Positions 49,338 to 59,605 of a stretch of DNA of 64,000 bases are shown piece after piece; the first letter of the stretch is position 1; each line of letters begins with the position of its first letter. A program made the position numbers and the translations under genes. Origin of the DNA: Acidobacteriota bacterium. Its GTDB lineage: Bacteria; Acidobacteriota; UBA890; WLXD01. Where the stretch lies: positions 736,001 to 800,000 of the forward strand of contig CAXWPL010000005.1 in NCBI GenBank assembly GCA_963666215.2, read 5' to 3'. The notes below the pieces were generated by a model that was given only the letters and a program-made list of their open reading frames with translations, was not told the DNA's origin and did no database searches.

Positions 49338-51998
49338 CTAAAGATCTCTGCCAACGGCGCGCAGCGTCTCGAGCGGCGGCCGCCGCAGCGCCCCGCGGCC
49401 GGTCAGGAATCCAACGGCCACCGTCAGCGCCGAGATCGCCAGCAGCGTAGCGAGCAGCGGCGTCAGTGCGAGCGCCAAGTCGACCTCGAAAACGAACCGA
49501 GCCAGGCCCCAGGCGCCTGCGAGAGCCAGGAGCAGTCCGGTAGCCGCGGCCAACCCGCCGAGCAGCAAATACTCGGCGAGACCGATCCGATGTATCTGCC
49601 GCCCCGAGGCGCCCAGCGTACGCAGTAGCACCGCCTCACGCAGACGTTGGCCGCGCGCCGCCATCAGCGCCACTGCGAGAACGGCGAGCCCCGCCAGCAG
49701 CGTGAACGACGCCATCGCGCGCACGCCCAGAGAAATCTGATCGAGCACCGAGCTGACCGTGTTCAGAACCAGGGCCAGATCTAGAATCGACACGTTGGAG
49801 TACTTCTCGACCACGTCGCGCTGAAATGCTGCCGACACTTCGGTCGACGGCGTTTTGGTGACCATCACGTTCTGCTGCGGCGCCTCTTCGAGCACCCCGG
49901 CAGGAAATACGACGAAGAAGTTCGGCCGCATCTGCTCCCAGTCGACCTCTCGTAGGCTGGCGACGCGGGTAACGATATGCAGCCCCTGAACGTTGAAGGT
50001 CAGCTCGTCGCCCACCTCCACGTGCAGGCGCTCCGCGATGCTCTCCTCGAGGGAAATCGGCACCGGTTGCTCGGCGCCTGTAACGCCGCCACCGTCCCGT
50101 CGTCCTCCGGCCTCCTCTCCCACTGCTTCAAGAGAAACCGATCCGATCCACTCGCCCGAGATGATCTCCTCGGTATCGGCAAGCTCGACCCGATAGGTCG
50201 AGTTGTACTGACGACGCAGCACCCAGGGGCGGATTCCCTCGTCGCCGAACTCCTCCACCGGCCGACCGGCCACCGCTGCCAGCCGCATCGGTACCACCGG
50301 CACATGTTGCAGCACCGGCAGTCCATGCTCGTCAAAGAGCCTGCGCAGCCCGTCCACCTGGTCGACCTGAACATCGAACAGCAGCATGTTGGCGCCGCCG
50401 CGCGAGCCCATCACCTGCACGCGACCCCGCAGAGCGAGCTGCGTTTGGTAGAGGGTCATGATGACGAAGACGCCGAATCCCAGCGCCAGCATCACAACCA
50501 ACGTCTGGTTGCCAGGCCGGTAGAGATTGGCGAGGCCTTGCCGCCAGGCGAACGGCCAGCTCGAGGCTAACCAGCGCCGCACGGCTGCGCGCAGGGCCAC
50601 AGCGGTCACCGCGAGCAGCGCCAGCACAAGCGCCAGGGCCGCGGTGATTCCAATGCCGACACTCACCTCGTCGCTCTGTGCCACGGCCGCAAGCGTGGTG
50701 CCCAGCACGATTGCCGCGACCACGGCCAGGCGCGCCGGGTCGAAGCGTGGAATGGCCCGCGAAGCGCCGGCGCCAGCCCGAATCGCGCGCAGCGGCGCGA
50801 TCTTGCGCAGCTCCAGCAAGGGCAGGAGGGAAAAGAGCAGCGCCACCCCCGCCCCTGTGGTCGCTCCTAGGGCCATCGCCATCCAGGAGACTTGCGGCTC
50901 GATCTCGACCGGAAGGAACCCACGCACCGCCGCCGCGATCAGCGGCTGTGCGGCCACGCCGAGCAGAACACCCACCACCGCCGCAACTGCGGCCACCGCT
51001 GTGGTCTGCAGAGCGAAGACCATAACCGGGTCACGGGGCCCCGCGCCCAGGCAGCGCAACACGGCAGCCGACTCGAGCTTGCCCTGAACATACAGGTGCA
51101 CCGAGCTGGCAACACCGACGGCGCCCAGCAACAACGCGGCAAGCGCACCCAGGTGGAGGAAGTCGTAGAGATCACTGAGCGACCGCCCCAGCTGCTGCCG
51201 GCGGAACTGCACCGACTCCGCCTCGAGCCGAAGTCGACGCAAATCGGTTTCGAGAACGCCAACAAGCTCGGCAACCTCCTCCGGTCGACTGTCGAGCTTG
51301 AAGTACCGACTGAAGCGCGAGCGGCTGCCGGGCCGCAGCAGTTGGGTGCGAGCCAGCGACGCCAGCGGCACGAACACACGTGGGCCGATCAACGACGCGT
51401 TTGGCACCTCGCCCGGAATGCGCTGCAGCCGACCAACGATCTCGTACTCCACCTCACCGAGGCGAATCGGGTCGCCGACCTCAGCATCGAACTGCAGCAT
51501 CAGGTTGTGGTCGACAAGCGCGATATCGGCGCCGGTGTCGCCAGGTAGCCTCGACCGATCGTCATCGGGGCTCGTCATGTCGGCGACGTGGGTCGAGAAC
51601 TCGACGCCGGCGGCCGGCGGCTCGGTGCCCAGCTCGCCGTAGTAGGGGAACCCGCCGCCGACGGCACGCACTGCGACCAAACGGGAGCGGCGACTGCGCG
51701 GGAAATAGGCCATCGAGTCGGTGCCGACCACGGTCGATTGTCCGCTCCCGTCGGCAACCCTCTCGAAGAGCGCGAGGGCTTCGGCATCGAACGGCTCGCG
51801 GCCGTAGATCTCCAGATCGGCGCCCAGGAGGGTCTTGGCTTGACGATCCACCGCACCTTCGAGCGCATCGGCGAACGAGCGGACCGCCACCAGCGCCGCC
51901 ACGCCGGCGATGATGGCCGAGACGAACAGGAACAAGCGCCCGCCGCCCGCCCGTGCATCGCGCCAGGCGAGCCGCGCTATCCATGCGTTGCGCCTCAA
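49338..51998 (-). CDS. ybbP: ABC transporter permease, YbbP/FtsX-MacB type
   Basis: LAWRDAR, LLGADL, GFPYYG, VDWEQMRPNFF, LRTLGAS; synteny with ybbA/tesA. Confidence 0.85.
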   Translation of the reverse strand: MRRNAWIARLAWRDARAGGGRLFLFVSAIIAGVAALVAVRSFADALEGAVDRQAKTLLGADLEIYGREPFDAEALALFERVADGSGQSTVVGTDSMAYFPRSRRSRLVAVRAVGGGFPYYGELGTEPPAAGVEFSTHVADMTSPDDDRSRLPGDTGADIALVDHNLMLQFDAEVGDPIRLGEVEYEIVGRLQRIPGEVPNASLIGPRVFVPLASLARTQLLRPGSRSRFSRYFKLDSRPEEVAELVGVLETDLRRLRLEAESVQFRRQQLGRSLSDLYDFLHLGALAALLLGAVGVASSVHLYVQGKLESAAVLRCLGAGPRDPVMVFALQTTAVAAVAAVVGVLLGVAAQPLIAAAVRGFLPVEIEPQVSWMAMALGATTGAGVALLFSLLPLLELRKIAPLRAIRAGAGASRAIPRFDPARLAVVAAIVLGTTLAAVAQSDEVSVGIGITAALALVLALLAVTAVALRAAVRRWLASSWPFAWRQGLANLYRPGNQTLVVMLALGFGVFVIMTLYQTQLALRGRVQVMGSRGGANMLLFDVQVDQVDGLRRLFDEHGLPVLQHVPVVPMRLAAVAGRPVEEFGDEGIRPWVLRRQYNSTYRVELADTEEIISGEWIGSVSLEAVGEEAGGRRDGGGVTGAEQPVPISLEESIAERLHVEVGDELTFNVQGLHIVTRVASLREVDWEQMRPNFFVVFPAGVLEEAPQQNVMVTKTPSTEVSAAFQRDVVEKYSNVSILDLALVLNTVSSVLDQISLGVRAMASFTLLAGLAVLAVALMAARGQRLREAVLLRTLGASGRQIHRIGLAEYLLLGGLAAATGLLLALAGAWGLARFVFEVDLALALTPLLATLLAISALTVAVGFLTGRGALRRPPLETLRAVGRDL

Positions 51999-52699
51999 GG
52001 GGCGACCTCTGCCGAGCCGGCACCAGACCCGCGTCGCTGATCAACAACCACTCTGCCCTTTTCGAGCTCCATGGTGCGCTCGCACAGCGCCGCCAACCGC
52101 CGATCGTGTGTCACCACGAGCAAGCTCGTGCCCTGGTCGGCATTGAGATCCAGGAGCAGACTTTGCACCCGCTCGGCGGTCTCTCCGTCGAGATTGCCCG
52201 TTGGCTCATCGGCAAAGAGGATGCGCGGCTTGTTGATGAATGCCCGCGCCAGCCCCACCCGCTGCTGCTCACCGCCCGACAGCTGCACCGGATAGTGATC
52301 GACACGATCCGCGAGTCCCACGCGGTCGAGGAGCTCGCGCGCCCGCGCCCGCGGCCGGCGATCGCCCCGCAGCTCGGCCGGCACCATGACGTTCTCTAGC
52401 GCCGTCAGCGTGGGGAGTAGCTGAAAGGTCTGGAAGACGAAACCCACCGCGTCACGTCGCAGCGCCGCCAGCTGTTCCTCGTCGAGCTCGGCCAGCCGAC
52501 GCTCGGCCAACCACACGTCCCCCGCCGTCGGGCGATCGAGGCCGGCACTCAGACCCAAGAGAGTCGTCTTGCCGCTCCCCGACGGACCCAGGATCGCGCA
52601 CGACTCACCGGCGCCCAGCGCAAAGCTGACATCCCGCAGCACCTCGAGCGTACGGTCACCGCTGCGATAAGACTGAGAGAGGTGTTCGACTCTGAGCAT
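51995..52699 (-). CDS. ybbA: ABC transporter ATP-binding protein
   Basis: GPSGSGKT, LSGGEQQR, FADEPTGNLD. Confidence 0.88.
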   Translation of the reverse strand: MLRVEHLSQSYRSGDRTLEVLRDVSFALGAGESCAILGPSGSGKTTLLGLSAGLDRPTAGDVWLAERRLAELDEEQLAALRRDAVGFVFQTFQLLPTLTALENVMVPAELRGDRRPRARARELLDRVGLADRVDHYPVQLSGGEQQRVGLARAFINKPRILFADEPTGNLDGETAERVQSLLLDLNADQGTSLLVVTHDRRLAALCERTMELEKGRVVVDQRRGSGAGSAEVAP

Positions 52700-52795
52700 G
52701 GCGCGACGAGTTCCTCTTGCGGTGAGTACGCGAGTACGATCGAACGGAAGGCGTCATCATAGCCATCATCGTCAGCTCACAAGGGTCACGATACG

Positions 52796-53452
52796 GTGCG
52801 AATTTGGTCCACAGCGCTTCTCGTCGCTGCTCTGACAACCTCGTCGCTCGCTTCGCCGACGCAGCAGAACCCCGGCAATGTTCTCTTTCTCGGCAACAGC
52901 CTCACCGCCGGCCTCGGCGTGGCCCGCGACGCCGCCTTTCCCTACCTGATCCAACAGCGGATCGAGGCGCGCGGCTGGCCGTTTCGCGTGGTCGACGCCG
53001 GAGTCAGCGGCGACACCTCGGCCGGTGGTCTACGCCGCATTGACTGGATGCTGCGCCAGCAAGTCGACGTGCTGGTTATCGAGCTCGGCGGCAACGACGG
53101 GCTGCGCGGGGTGCCCACGGAAACCACCCGAGCCAACCTGCAAGCCATCATCAATCACGCTCGCGCCGCCTATCCCGAGATCGACATCGTGCTTGCCGGC
53201 ATGCTGATCCCTCCCAACCTCGGGCCGGAGTACTCCAAGGGCTTCCAGGAGCTCTACTCGGCGCTCGCTAGCGCCAACGACGTGGAGCTCATCCCCTTCT
53301 TGCTCGACGGCGTTGCCGCCGATCCCGCGCTCAACCAGGCCGATGGCATCCACCCCAACGCGGCAGGACACCGAATAGTCGTCGACAACGTTTGGCAGGT
53401 ACTCGAGTCGGTTCTCGAGCGACGTCTGAGCCTGCCAGAGTCGCCGGGCTAG
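52796..53452 (+). CDS. tesA: Arylesterase / acyl-CoA thioesterase I (SGNH)
   Basis: GNSLTAG, GVSGDTS, LGGNDGLRG, DGIHP; divergent from ybbA. Confidence 0.88.
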   Translation: MRIWSTALLVAALTTSSLASPTQQNPGNVLFLGNSLTAGLGVARDAAFPYLIQQRIEARGWPFRVVDAGVSGDTSAGGLRRIDWMLRQQVDVLVIELGGNDGLRGVPTETTRANLQAIINHARAAYPEIDIVLAGMLIPPNLGPEYSKGFQELYSALASANDVELIPFLLDGVAADPALNQADGIHPNAAGHRIVVDNVWQVLESVLERRLSLPESPG

Positions 53453-53493
53453 CCGAGCCATCGGTGTTGTCATGCCGATTCCGGCAGGGTGGA

Positions 53494-53510
53494 GGGGGGG
53501 GGGGGGGGGG
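53494..53510 (+). repeat. G17 homopolymer, intergenic
   Basis: 17 consecutive G between convergent genes. Confidence 0.9.
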
Positions 53511-53669
53511 CAGCGTAGCGGATCGGCGGATCGGTCGTCGCCAGCTCTTTAGCGGTTGCCCACGCTTGCCCCTGGAAGTCGCGACCACGCCTCCAGCGTC
53601 AGTCGGCCTAGATGCCCCCGGCTCGGCTCCGCGCGTCTGAAACGCCCACCACCCCCTCAGCAAACACAG

Positions 53670-54425
53670 TCAGTCGCCCGTCACCTGACTGCCGGGCACG
53701 ATCTCGTTGACGTCGCCGTCGGTGAAGCATACCCAGCACTTCGTGCCGCCGTCGTAGTCGGCCGCGCGCAGGACGAGCCGTGCCGGCCGGCCGAACGCGG
53801 TGCAGGCGACTTCACCCTCGGGGTCGAGGCCGCGCCAGATGCGAACGAACGGGTTGTTTTCCAGTTCTTCGCCGATCGTGGTGGCATCGGTGTGTCCCGG
53901 CAGCACGCGCGTCTCGGGGGGCAGCTCGAGGAGCACGTCCATGGTCGAGCGAACGATGTCCTCGTAGGTGGCGTGCCCGGGTGCCATCGTGCCGCCGACA
54001 GTGCCCTTGAAGAGGGTATCCCCGGTAAAAACAACATCCCCGCTGTCCCCACCGGCCACATGAAACGCCAACATGCCGCGGGTGTGCCCGGGGGTGTGCA
54101 GCGCCCGAATCCTCAGCCCACCGGAGACAATCTCGTCGCCGTGGCCGATCTCGTGCTGGATATCGGGGCACAGGGCCTTCTCCTCCGGATGACCCCAGAT
54201 CTCGCAGCCGAAGCGATTCACGTAGTCCCCGTTGTTGACGATGTGATCGACATGGTGATGCGTGAGGAGCAGGTGAGTGACCGTCAGCTTGTTCTCCTCG
54301 ATGGCGCGATAGATGGGCTCCACCGGGCCGCCGGAATCGATCAGTACGGCGTGGCCGCCCGGCTCGTCGCCGACGACATACGAGTTCGAGAGCCAGCCGT
54401 CGCTCATGCTGCGTTCGATGATCAT
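53670..54425 (-). CDS. MBL-fold metallo-hydrolase (glyoxalase II-like)
   Basis: THHHVDH, TPGHT, FTGDTLF, PGH. Confidence 0.9.
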   Translation of the reverse strand: MIIERSMSDGWLSNSYVVGDEPGGHAVLIDSGGPVEPIYRAIEENKLTVTHLLLTHHHVDHIVNNGDYVNRFGCEIWGHPEEKALCPDIQHEIGHGDEIVSGGLRIRALHTPGHTRGMLAFHVAGGDSGDVVFTGDTLFKGTVGGTMAPGHATYEDIVRSTMDVLLELPPETRVLPGHTDATTIGEELENNPFVRIWRGLDPEGEVACTAFGRPARLVLRAADYDGGTKCWVCFTDGDVNEIVPGSQVTGD

Positions 54426-54454
54426 GTTCCCTCTACCTGAGAATCGAGTCTGTT

Positions 54455-55567
54455 CTAGTCGAACATCACCACTGAACGGATACCGTTCTGCGCTTCCATC
54501 AGCTCGAAGCCGTGATTGATGTTGTCGAGGTTCAAATGGTGCGAAACGAAGCCGTCGAGATCGAGCTTCCCTTCCATGTACATGTCCACGAAGCGCGGCA
54601 CGTGCGTACGTCCCTTGGCGCCTCCGAAGCTGCCGCCTTGTACGCGCCGGCCGGTGATCAGAAATCGAGGGATCACGTCGAGAGTCTCGCCGCGGCCGGC
54701 CACACCGAGCACCGTGCAGAGGCCCCAGCCAAAGCGGGCCGCCTCGACGGCCTGTCGCATCACGCCGACGATCCCGGTCGCCTCGAAGGTGAAGTCGGCA
54801 CCGTTGCCGCCCGTCAGCTCGAGGATGCGCTCGACGGCGTCACCATCGCGTGTGGGGTTGATGAGGTGGGTCGCGCCGTACTTCGCCGCGGTTTGTAAGC
54901 GGTCGTCCGACAGGTCGACGGCAATGACGCGCTCGGCCTTCTGCAAGGCACATCCGGCGACCGCTCCGAGCCCGACGAGGCCCGCCCCAAAGACGGCACA
55001 GGTCGAGCCGGCTTCCACGTCCGCCTTGTACATCGCTGCCGCGAGCCCGGTGGTGGCACCGCAAGCCAGCGTGCAGATCTTGTCGAGAGGCGCCTCCGGG
55101 TTGACCTTGGCTAGCGCGATCTCGGGCATGACCGTGTATTCGGCGAACGTGCTGGTGCCCATGAAGTGGCGCATCGGCTCGCCGTCGAGAGACAGCCGCG
55201 CGCTGCCGTCGGGCAGGTAGCCCTGGCCTTGCTGCTCGCGAATGGCGGTGCAGATGTTCGTCTTGCCGCTCGTGCAATGGTCGCACTCGCCACACTCGGG
55301 CGAGAACAACGTGATGACGTGGTCGCCGGGCGACAGCGACGCCACACCCTCCCCGACTGCCTCGACCACTCCGGCTCCCTCGTGCCCAAGAACCGTGGGG
55401 GCATACCCACCGGGGTCGGCACCGCTGGCGCTGTACATGTCGGTATGACACACGCCGCAGGCGTGCACCTTCACCAGCGCCTCGCCAGCCTTCGGTCCAC
55501 CGAGCTCGACCTCGCGAATCGCCAGAGGCTGACCGAACTCCTCGAGCACAGCAGCGCGAATCTTCAT
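54455..55567 (-). CDS. Zn-dependent alcohol dehydrogenase, class III / thiol-dependent formaldehyde dehydrogenase-like
   Basis: GVCHTD, GHEGAG, CGECDHC..C, FMGTSTFAEY, GAGLVG. Confidence 0.88.
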   Translation of the reverse strand: MKIRAAVLEEFGQPLAIREVELGGPKAGEALVKVHACGVCHTDMYSASGADPGGYAPTVLGHEGAGVVEAVGEGVASLSPGDHVITLFSPECGECDHCTSGKTNICTAIREQQGQGYLPDGSARLSLDGEPMRHFMGTSTFAEYTVMPEIALAKVNPEAPLDKICTLACGATTGLAAAMYKADVEAGSTCAVFGAGLVGLGAVAGCALQKAERVIAVDLSDDRLQTAAKYGATHLINPTRDGDAVERILELTGGNGADFTFEATGIVGVMRQAVEAARFGWGLCTVLGVAGRGETLDVIPRFLITGRRVQGGSFGGAKGRTHVPRFVDMYMEGKLDLDGFVSHHLNLDNINHGFELMEAQNGIRSVVMFD

Positions 55568-55727
55568 CGTGGCCTCCCTTGAATCCGTTCGAATGCCAGC
55601 GCGGAAGCGCTACAGAAAGGCCTTGATCCACCATCAATCACGAAGCGGAGGAGAGCCTTGGGCGCGGCACGCTAGCATAGCGTGACACTCTTCTTCTGTT
55701 CTCTTTCCCGTGGGCATCGACGCGGTC

Positions 55728-56740
55728 ATGGATCGAGGACACGCAGCGATGCTCGGCCTGGGTGCGTCCCGCGGGTTGAGATTCGAAAGGCCGGAGCTCG
55801 GGCTCACCGCGTTTCTCGTGCTCGACAGCACGGTGCTCGGCCACGCGGCGGGCGGCATTCGCACACGCGCGTACAACTCGCCCGAGGAGGCCGCTCTCGA
55901 CGCCGCTGCCCTGGCACGAGCCATGACGCTCAAGTGCGCCATCGCTGGCTGCCCTCCGGCGGCGGCAAGATGGTGGTCGTCGATCGCCCGGAGCTGCGGC
56001 GCCAGGAGGCGTTCGCCTATCTCGGCGAGCGCATCGACGAGCTCGGCGGAGCGTTCCGCACGGCGGGCGATCTCGGGACCACCCGTGAAGACCTGCAAGC
56101 GGTGGCGTCCCGCACGGAATACGTGAGCCTCGATGAGGCCGGCCTTACGGCCGCGGTGGCCCGCGGCCTGCGTGGCTGTATTGAAGCCTGTGCGCGCATG
56201 CGCGGCCTCTCGGAGCTGGACGGGCTGCGCATCGCGATCCAGGGCTGCGGCGGCATCGGCGGCGCCGTGGCCCGCGAGCTGGCCACGGCGGGCGCCAAGC
56301 TGATGGTGAGCGACATCGACGACGCGCGCGCCGCCGCGCTGGCCGCCGACGTGAAGGGCGAGGTCGTTGATCCGTCGGAGATCCTCGCCGCCGCCGTCGA
56401 TGTTCTCGCTCCGTGCGCAGTTGGCGGCGTCATCGGCGAAGACACTGCTGAAAGGATCTCCGCATGGGCGATATGCGGCGCGGCCAACAACATCGTTGCC
56501 AGCCGGGCCGCCGGCGAGGCGCTGCGCCATAACCGCATCCTGTTCGTGCCCGACATGATCGCGTCGGCGGGGGCCATCGTACTCGGCGTTTGCCGCGATT
56601 ACGAAGGGCTCGACCCAGAGCCGATGATCGCGGCGCTTGGCGACACCGCCTATACGGTTATGCAAGACGCCGAGCGCTCAGGTCGAACACCGCAGGCGAT
56701 GGCTGAGGAACGCGCCCGAGCGCGCATCGCCGCAGGATGA
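55728..56740 (+). pseudogene. Glu/Leu/Phe/Val dehydrogenase, single-base frameshift near 55949
   Basis: GGIR..MTLKCAIAG in one frame; LPSGGGK, GDLGT, QGCGGIG, GAANN, PDMIASAG in another. Confidence 0.85.
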
Positions 56741-56747
56741 GATTGCC

Positions 56748-57767
56748 CTACTCGCTGTGCAACAGCTCGGCGATCCGCCGCACCGAATCGGGCAGGCGCG
56801 GCCCGGGAATCAGCAGTGCGTCGGAGACAATCGCGCCAACGCGCGCGCCGGCGAAGCCGGGCAGGGCCCGCCAGTCGCGCTCGATCGTCGACATGTCCAC
56901 GGGTCCGGAGCGTGCCGAGCGCAGCTCGATCACCACGTCTGGAACGCGCGAGAACAGCGTCTCGAGACCGGCCTTGAACGACTGGCGTTCGACGTCGGCA
57001 AACAAATTGCGTCCGCCAGCGATCTCGACGATCTCGTTCAAGAATCCCACCCCACCGTTGACGTAAAGGTTCGCGAAGCTGCCGGTGCTGCGACCGAACA
57101 CCATCAGCACCGTAGGCGCGGCGGCGCGCGCGTAGCGACCTCGGAGCTCCTCGAGCTGCGTCTCGAGGAGCTCCGCAACAAGCCGGCCCTGTGCCTCCAA
57201 GCCGATCCTCGTGGCCAGCTGACGCATGTCGCGCAGCATGTCGGCGATCGTCGCGGTGCCGTACGGAATGCTGTCGATGCCTGCCGTGCGCAGCTGAACG
57301 ACGAGCGCCGGCTGCGACGGGTCGACGACCACGAGGTCGGGCTGCAGCGACAGGATGCGCTCGAGGTCGGGATCGATGAGGGCGCCCACCTTCGGCAGCT
57401 CCAGGACTTCCGGCGGCCAGGTATCGAAGCTGCTTACAGCGACCACTCGGGAACCGGCACCGATCTCGAAAAGCGCCTCCGTGGCCGCCGGCACCAACGA
57501 GACAACACGTTTGACCTGCGTGGGGAGCGTCGTCGACACACCGTTGGTCGGCGAGCCGTGCACGGCAAGCAATAGCCACGCACCGAGCCAGCAGAACACG
57601 CGGAGAGGGCCGGGAAGGCGGGCAGGACGGAGATGATGGGTTGCGCGGACGGGGCCGGCGGGGCGGACGGGGCGGGCGGAGCGGACGGGGCCGGCGGGGC
57701 GGACGGGGCCGGCGGAACGGGCGCGGTGGGTCCGACGGCGCGGCTGGGTGCTTGTGGGCGCTTTCAT
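56748..57767 (-). CDS. btuF: Cobalamin ABC transporter substrate-binding protein (BtuF-like)
   Basis: RVVSLVPAATEALF, PDLERILSLQPDLV, PGPR; last gene of the B12-riboswitch operon; ATGA overlap with btuC. Confidence 0.75.
   Translation of the reverse strand: MKAPTSTQPRRRTHRARSAGPVRPAGPVRSARPVRPAGPVRATHHLRPARLPGPLRVFCWLGAWLLLAVHGSPTNGVSTTLPTQVKRVVSLVPAATEALFEIGAGSRVVAVSSFDTWPPEVLELPKVGALIDPDLERILSLQPDLVVVDPSQPALVVQLRTAGIDSIPYGTATIADMLRDMRQLATRIGLEAQGRLVAELLETQLEELRGRYARAAAPTVLMVFGRSTGSFANLYVNGGVGFLNEIVEIAGGRNLFADVERQSFKAGLETLFSRVPDVVIELRSARSGPVDMSTIERDWRALPGFAGARVGAIVSDALLIPGPRLPDSVRRIAELLHSE
57645..57716. repeat. 18-bp tandem repeat x4 in the btuF N-terminus
   Basis: gcggacggggccggcggg x4 (slightly variant), encoding (P/S)AGPVR-like units. 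Confidence 0.9.
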
Positions 57768-58858
57768 CCGATTCCCGGCCGACCGCGACGCCCGAGCAGC
57801 AGCGCGAGAAAGAAGGGACCTCCGAGACATGCGGTGAGAACCCCGATCGGCAGCTCCACTGGCGCCAGGAGAGTTCTCGCCGCGGCGTCACACAGAACCA
57901 GAAACGCGCCGCCTCCGAGAAGTGACGCCGGTAGAAGAACGCGGTAGTCGGAGCCGCCGAGCAACCGCAACGCGTGCGGCACGATGATGCCAACAAAACC
58001 GACGGGCCCGGCAGCGGCCACCGACAGCCCGGTCAACCAGGCGGCCCCCAGAAGGCCGTTGCGCTCAGCGCGATCCGTGGCCACCCCGAGCGCCGCAGCC
58101 TCTCGGCGACCGAGCGCCAGCAGATTCAGCGCCCGGCCGCTGCGCGCCAGCAGCACCCACGCGGGCGCCGCGGCCACGGTCAGCATGGCGAGCAGACGAT
58201 AGCTGGCGCCCTCGAGATCGCCCATCAGCCAACGCACCATCCGAGCCGTGTCGGTGAAGTCGGCGAAATACTGGAGCAACAGGATGAACGCCCCGAAAGT
58301 GAAGTTGAGGCTGACGCCGGCCAACAGCAGAACCGTTGTCGGCAACTCGCCACGACGCCCAGCCAACCCCATCACGATCGCGGTTGCCACCAGAGACCCG
58401 GCGAGCGACGCCGCCGGCACGGTGAGCTCCCCCAGCAAACCGACGGCGGCAGGAATCGGAATGCGCAGCGCCAAAAAGGCGGCCAAAGTAGCTCCAGACG
58501 AGATCCCCAAGGTGTAGGGCGTCGCAAGCGGGTTGCGCAACAACGACTGGAAAGTCGCCCCGGCGAGCGCCAGGCTGCCACCTACAAGCAACGCCAGCAG
58601 CACGCGCGGCAGGCGAGCGACGAAAAAGATCGCCGCATCGGGATTCGCCGCCCAGTCGAACGGCCGTCTCCAGACAGCACCGAGATCGATCGCTGTCGAA
58701 CCGATCAGAGGTCCCAACAGGGCGGCCGCGACTGCGGCAGCCGCCATCGCCGAAACCAGGTAGCGGAACCGGCGTCTGGGCAGCCACAGGCGGCGACGCA
58801 ACCGTCGGCTCGCGCCGTTGCGCGCGGCCGACGGCGTTCTTGTGCCCGTGATCACCAT
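57764..58858 (-). CDS. btuC: FecCD/BtuC-family ABC permease
   Basis: RLPR, RNPLATPYTLGISSGA, VGFVGIIVPH, GGPFF. Confidence 0.8.
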   Translation of the reverse strand: MVITGTRTPSAARNGASRRLRRRLWLPRRRFRYLVSAMAAAAVAAALLGPLIGSTAIDLGAVWRRPFDWAANPDAAIFFVARLPRVLLALLVGGSLALAGATFQSLLRNPLATPYTLGISSGATLAAFLALRIPIPAAVGLLGELTVPAASLAGSLVATAIVMGLAGRRGELPTTVLLLAGVSLNFTFGAFILLLQYFADFTDTARMVRWLMGDLEGASYRLLAMLTVAAAPAWVLLARSGRALNLLALGRREAAALGVATDRAERNGLLGAAWLTGLSVAAAGPVGFVGIIVPHALRLLGGSDYRVLLPASLLGGGAFLVLCDAAARTLLAPVELPIGVLTACLGGPFFLALLLGRRGRPGIG

Positions 58859-58861
58859 CAG

Positions 58862-59605
58862 CTAGGCCCGGCCCGAGCCGAAGGCCGACGTGCCGTAGGT
58901 GAAGTCGAGGGTCGCTGGCGACATCACGTCGGCGGGAGCGCCGCGTTCCACCACGGCCCCGGCACGCAACAGCACCACCTCGTCGGCCAGACGCCGCGCA
59001 AGCTCCAGATTGTGCGTTGCCATGACAATCGCCGCACCTCCGGCCAGCAACTCGGCGAGCGTGGATTGCAACTCCAGGGCAAACCCGGGGTCGAGAGAGG
59101 CCAAGGGTTCGTCCAGAAGCAACACCGGCGGCTCGGCGACGATGGCACGTGCCAGCATGACCCGTCGCTGCTCACCGCCGCTGATCCGATCGAACTCGCG
59201 CCGCAGCAGTTGCCGGCCGCCCACGCGCCGCAACGCCGCGACCACACGACGCCACTCCGCCAAGCTCTCCCAACCACGGGCCGGCATGAGCGGATACAGC
59301 CCCATGAGCACGACCTCGTAAACCGCCAGACCGGTGGCGCGCGGGGATGCCTGCGGCAGATAGCCCACCAGCCGCGCTCGATGCGCCGCGTCGACATCGG
59401 CCAGATTGTCGCCGTCGATGGCAACATGTCCGGAGTTCGGCTTCTCGACGCCGGCGAGTAGCCGCAAGAGCGTGGTCTTGCCGGCGCCGTTGGCGCCCAG
59501 CAAGGCGCAGCACTCGCCGCCGTCGGCGGCAACGTGCACGTCTCGAAGCAACGGCGCGTCGTAGCCGAACTCCAACTGGTCAGCCTCGAGCAGCGGAGCC
59601 GGCAT
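58862..59605 (-). CDS. btuD: ABC transporter ATP-binding protein (BtuD/FecE-like)
   Basis: GANGAGKT, ISGGEQRR, LLDEP. Confidence 0.8.
   Translation of the reverse strand: MPAPLLEADQLEFGYDAPLLRDVHVAADGGECCALLGANGAGKTTLLRLLAGVEKPNSGHVAIDGDNLADVDAAHRARLVGYLPQASPRATGLAVYEVVLMGLYPLMPARGWESLAEWRRVVAALRRVGGRQLLRREFDRISGGEQRRVMLARAIVAEPPVLLLDEPLASLDPGFALELQSTLAELLAGGAAIVMATHNLELARRLADEVVLLRAGAVVERGAPADVMSPATLDFTYGTSAFGSGRA

Noticed and set aside
53494-53510. G17 tract as a phase-variation or G-quadruplex switch
   Set aside because: Lies between convergent 3' ends, not in a promoter or CDS; may be a sequencing artefact.
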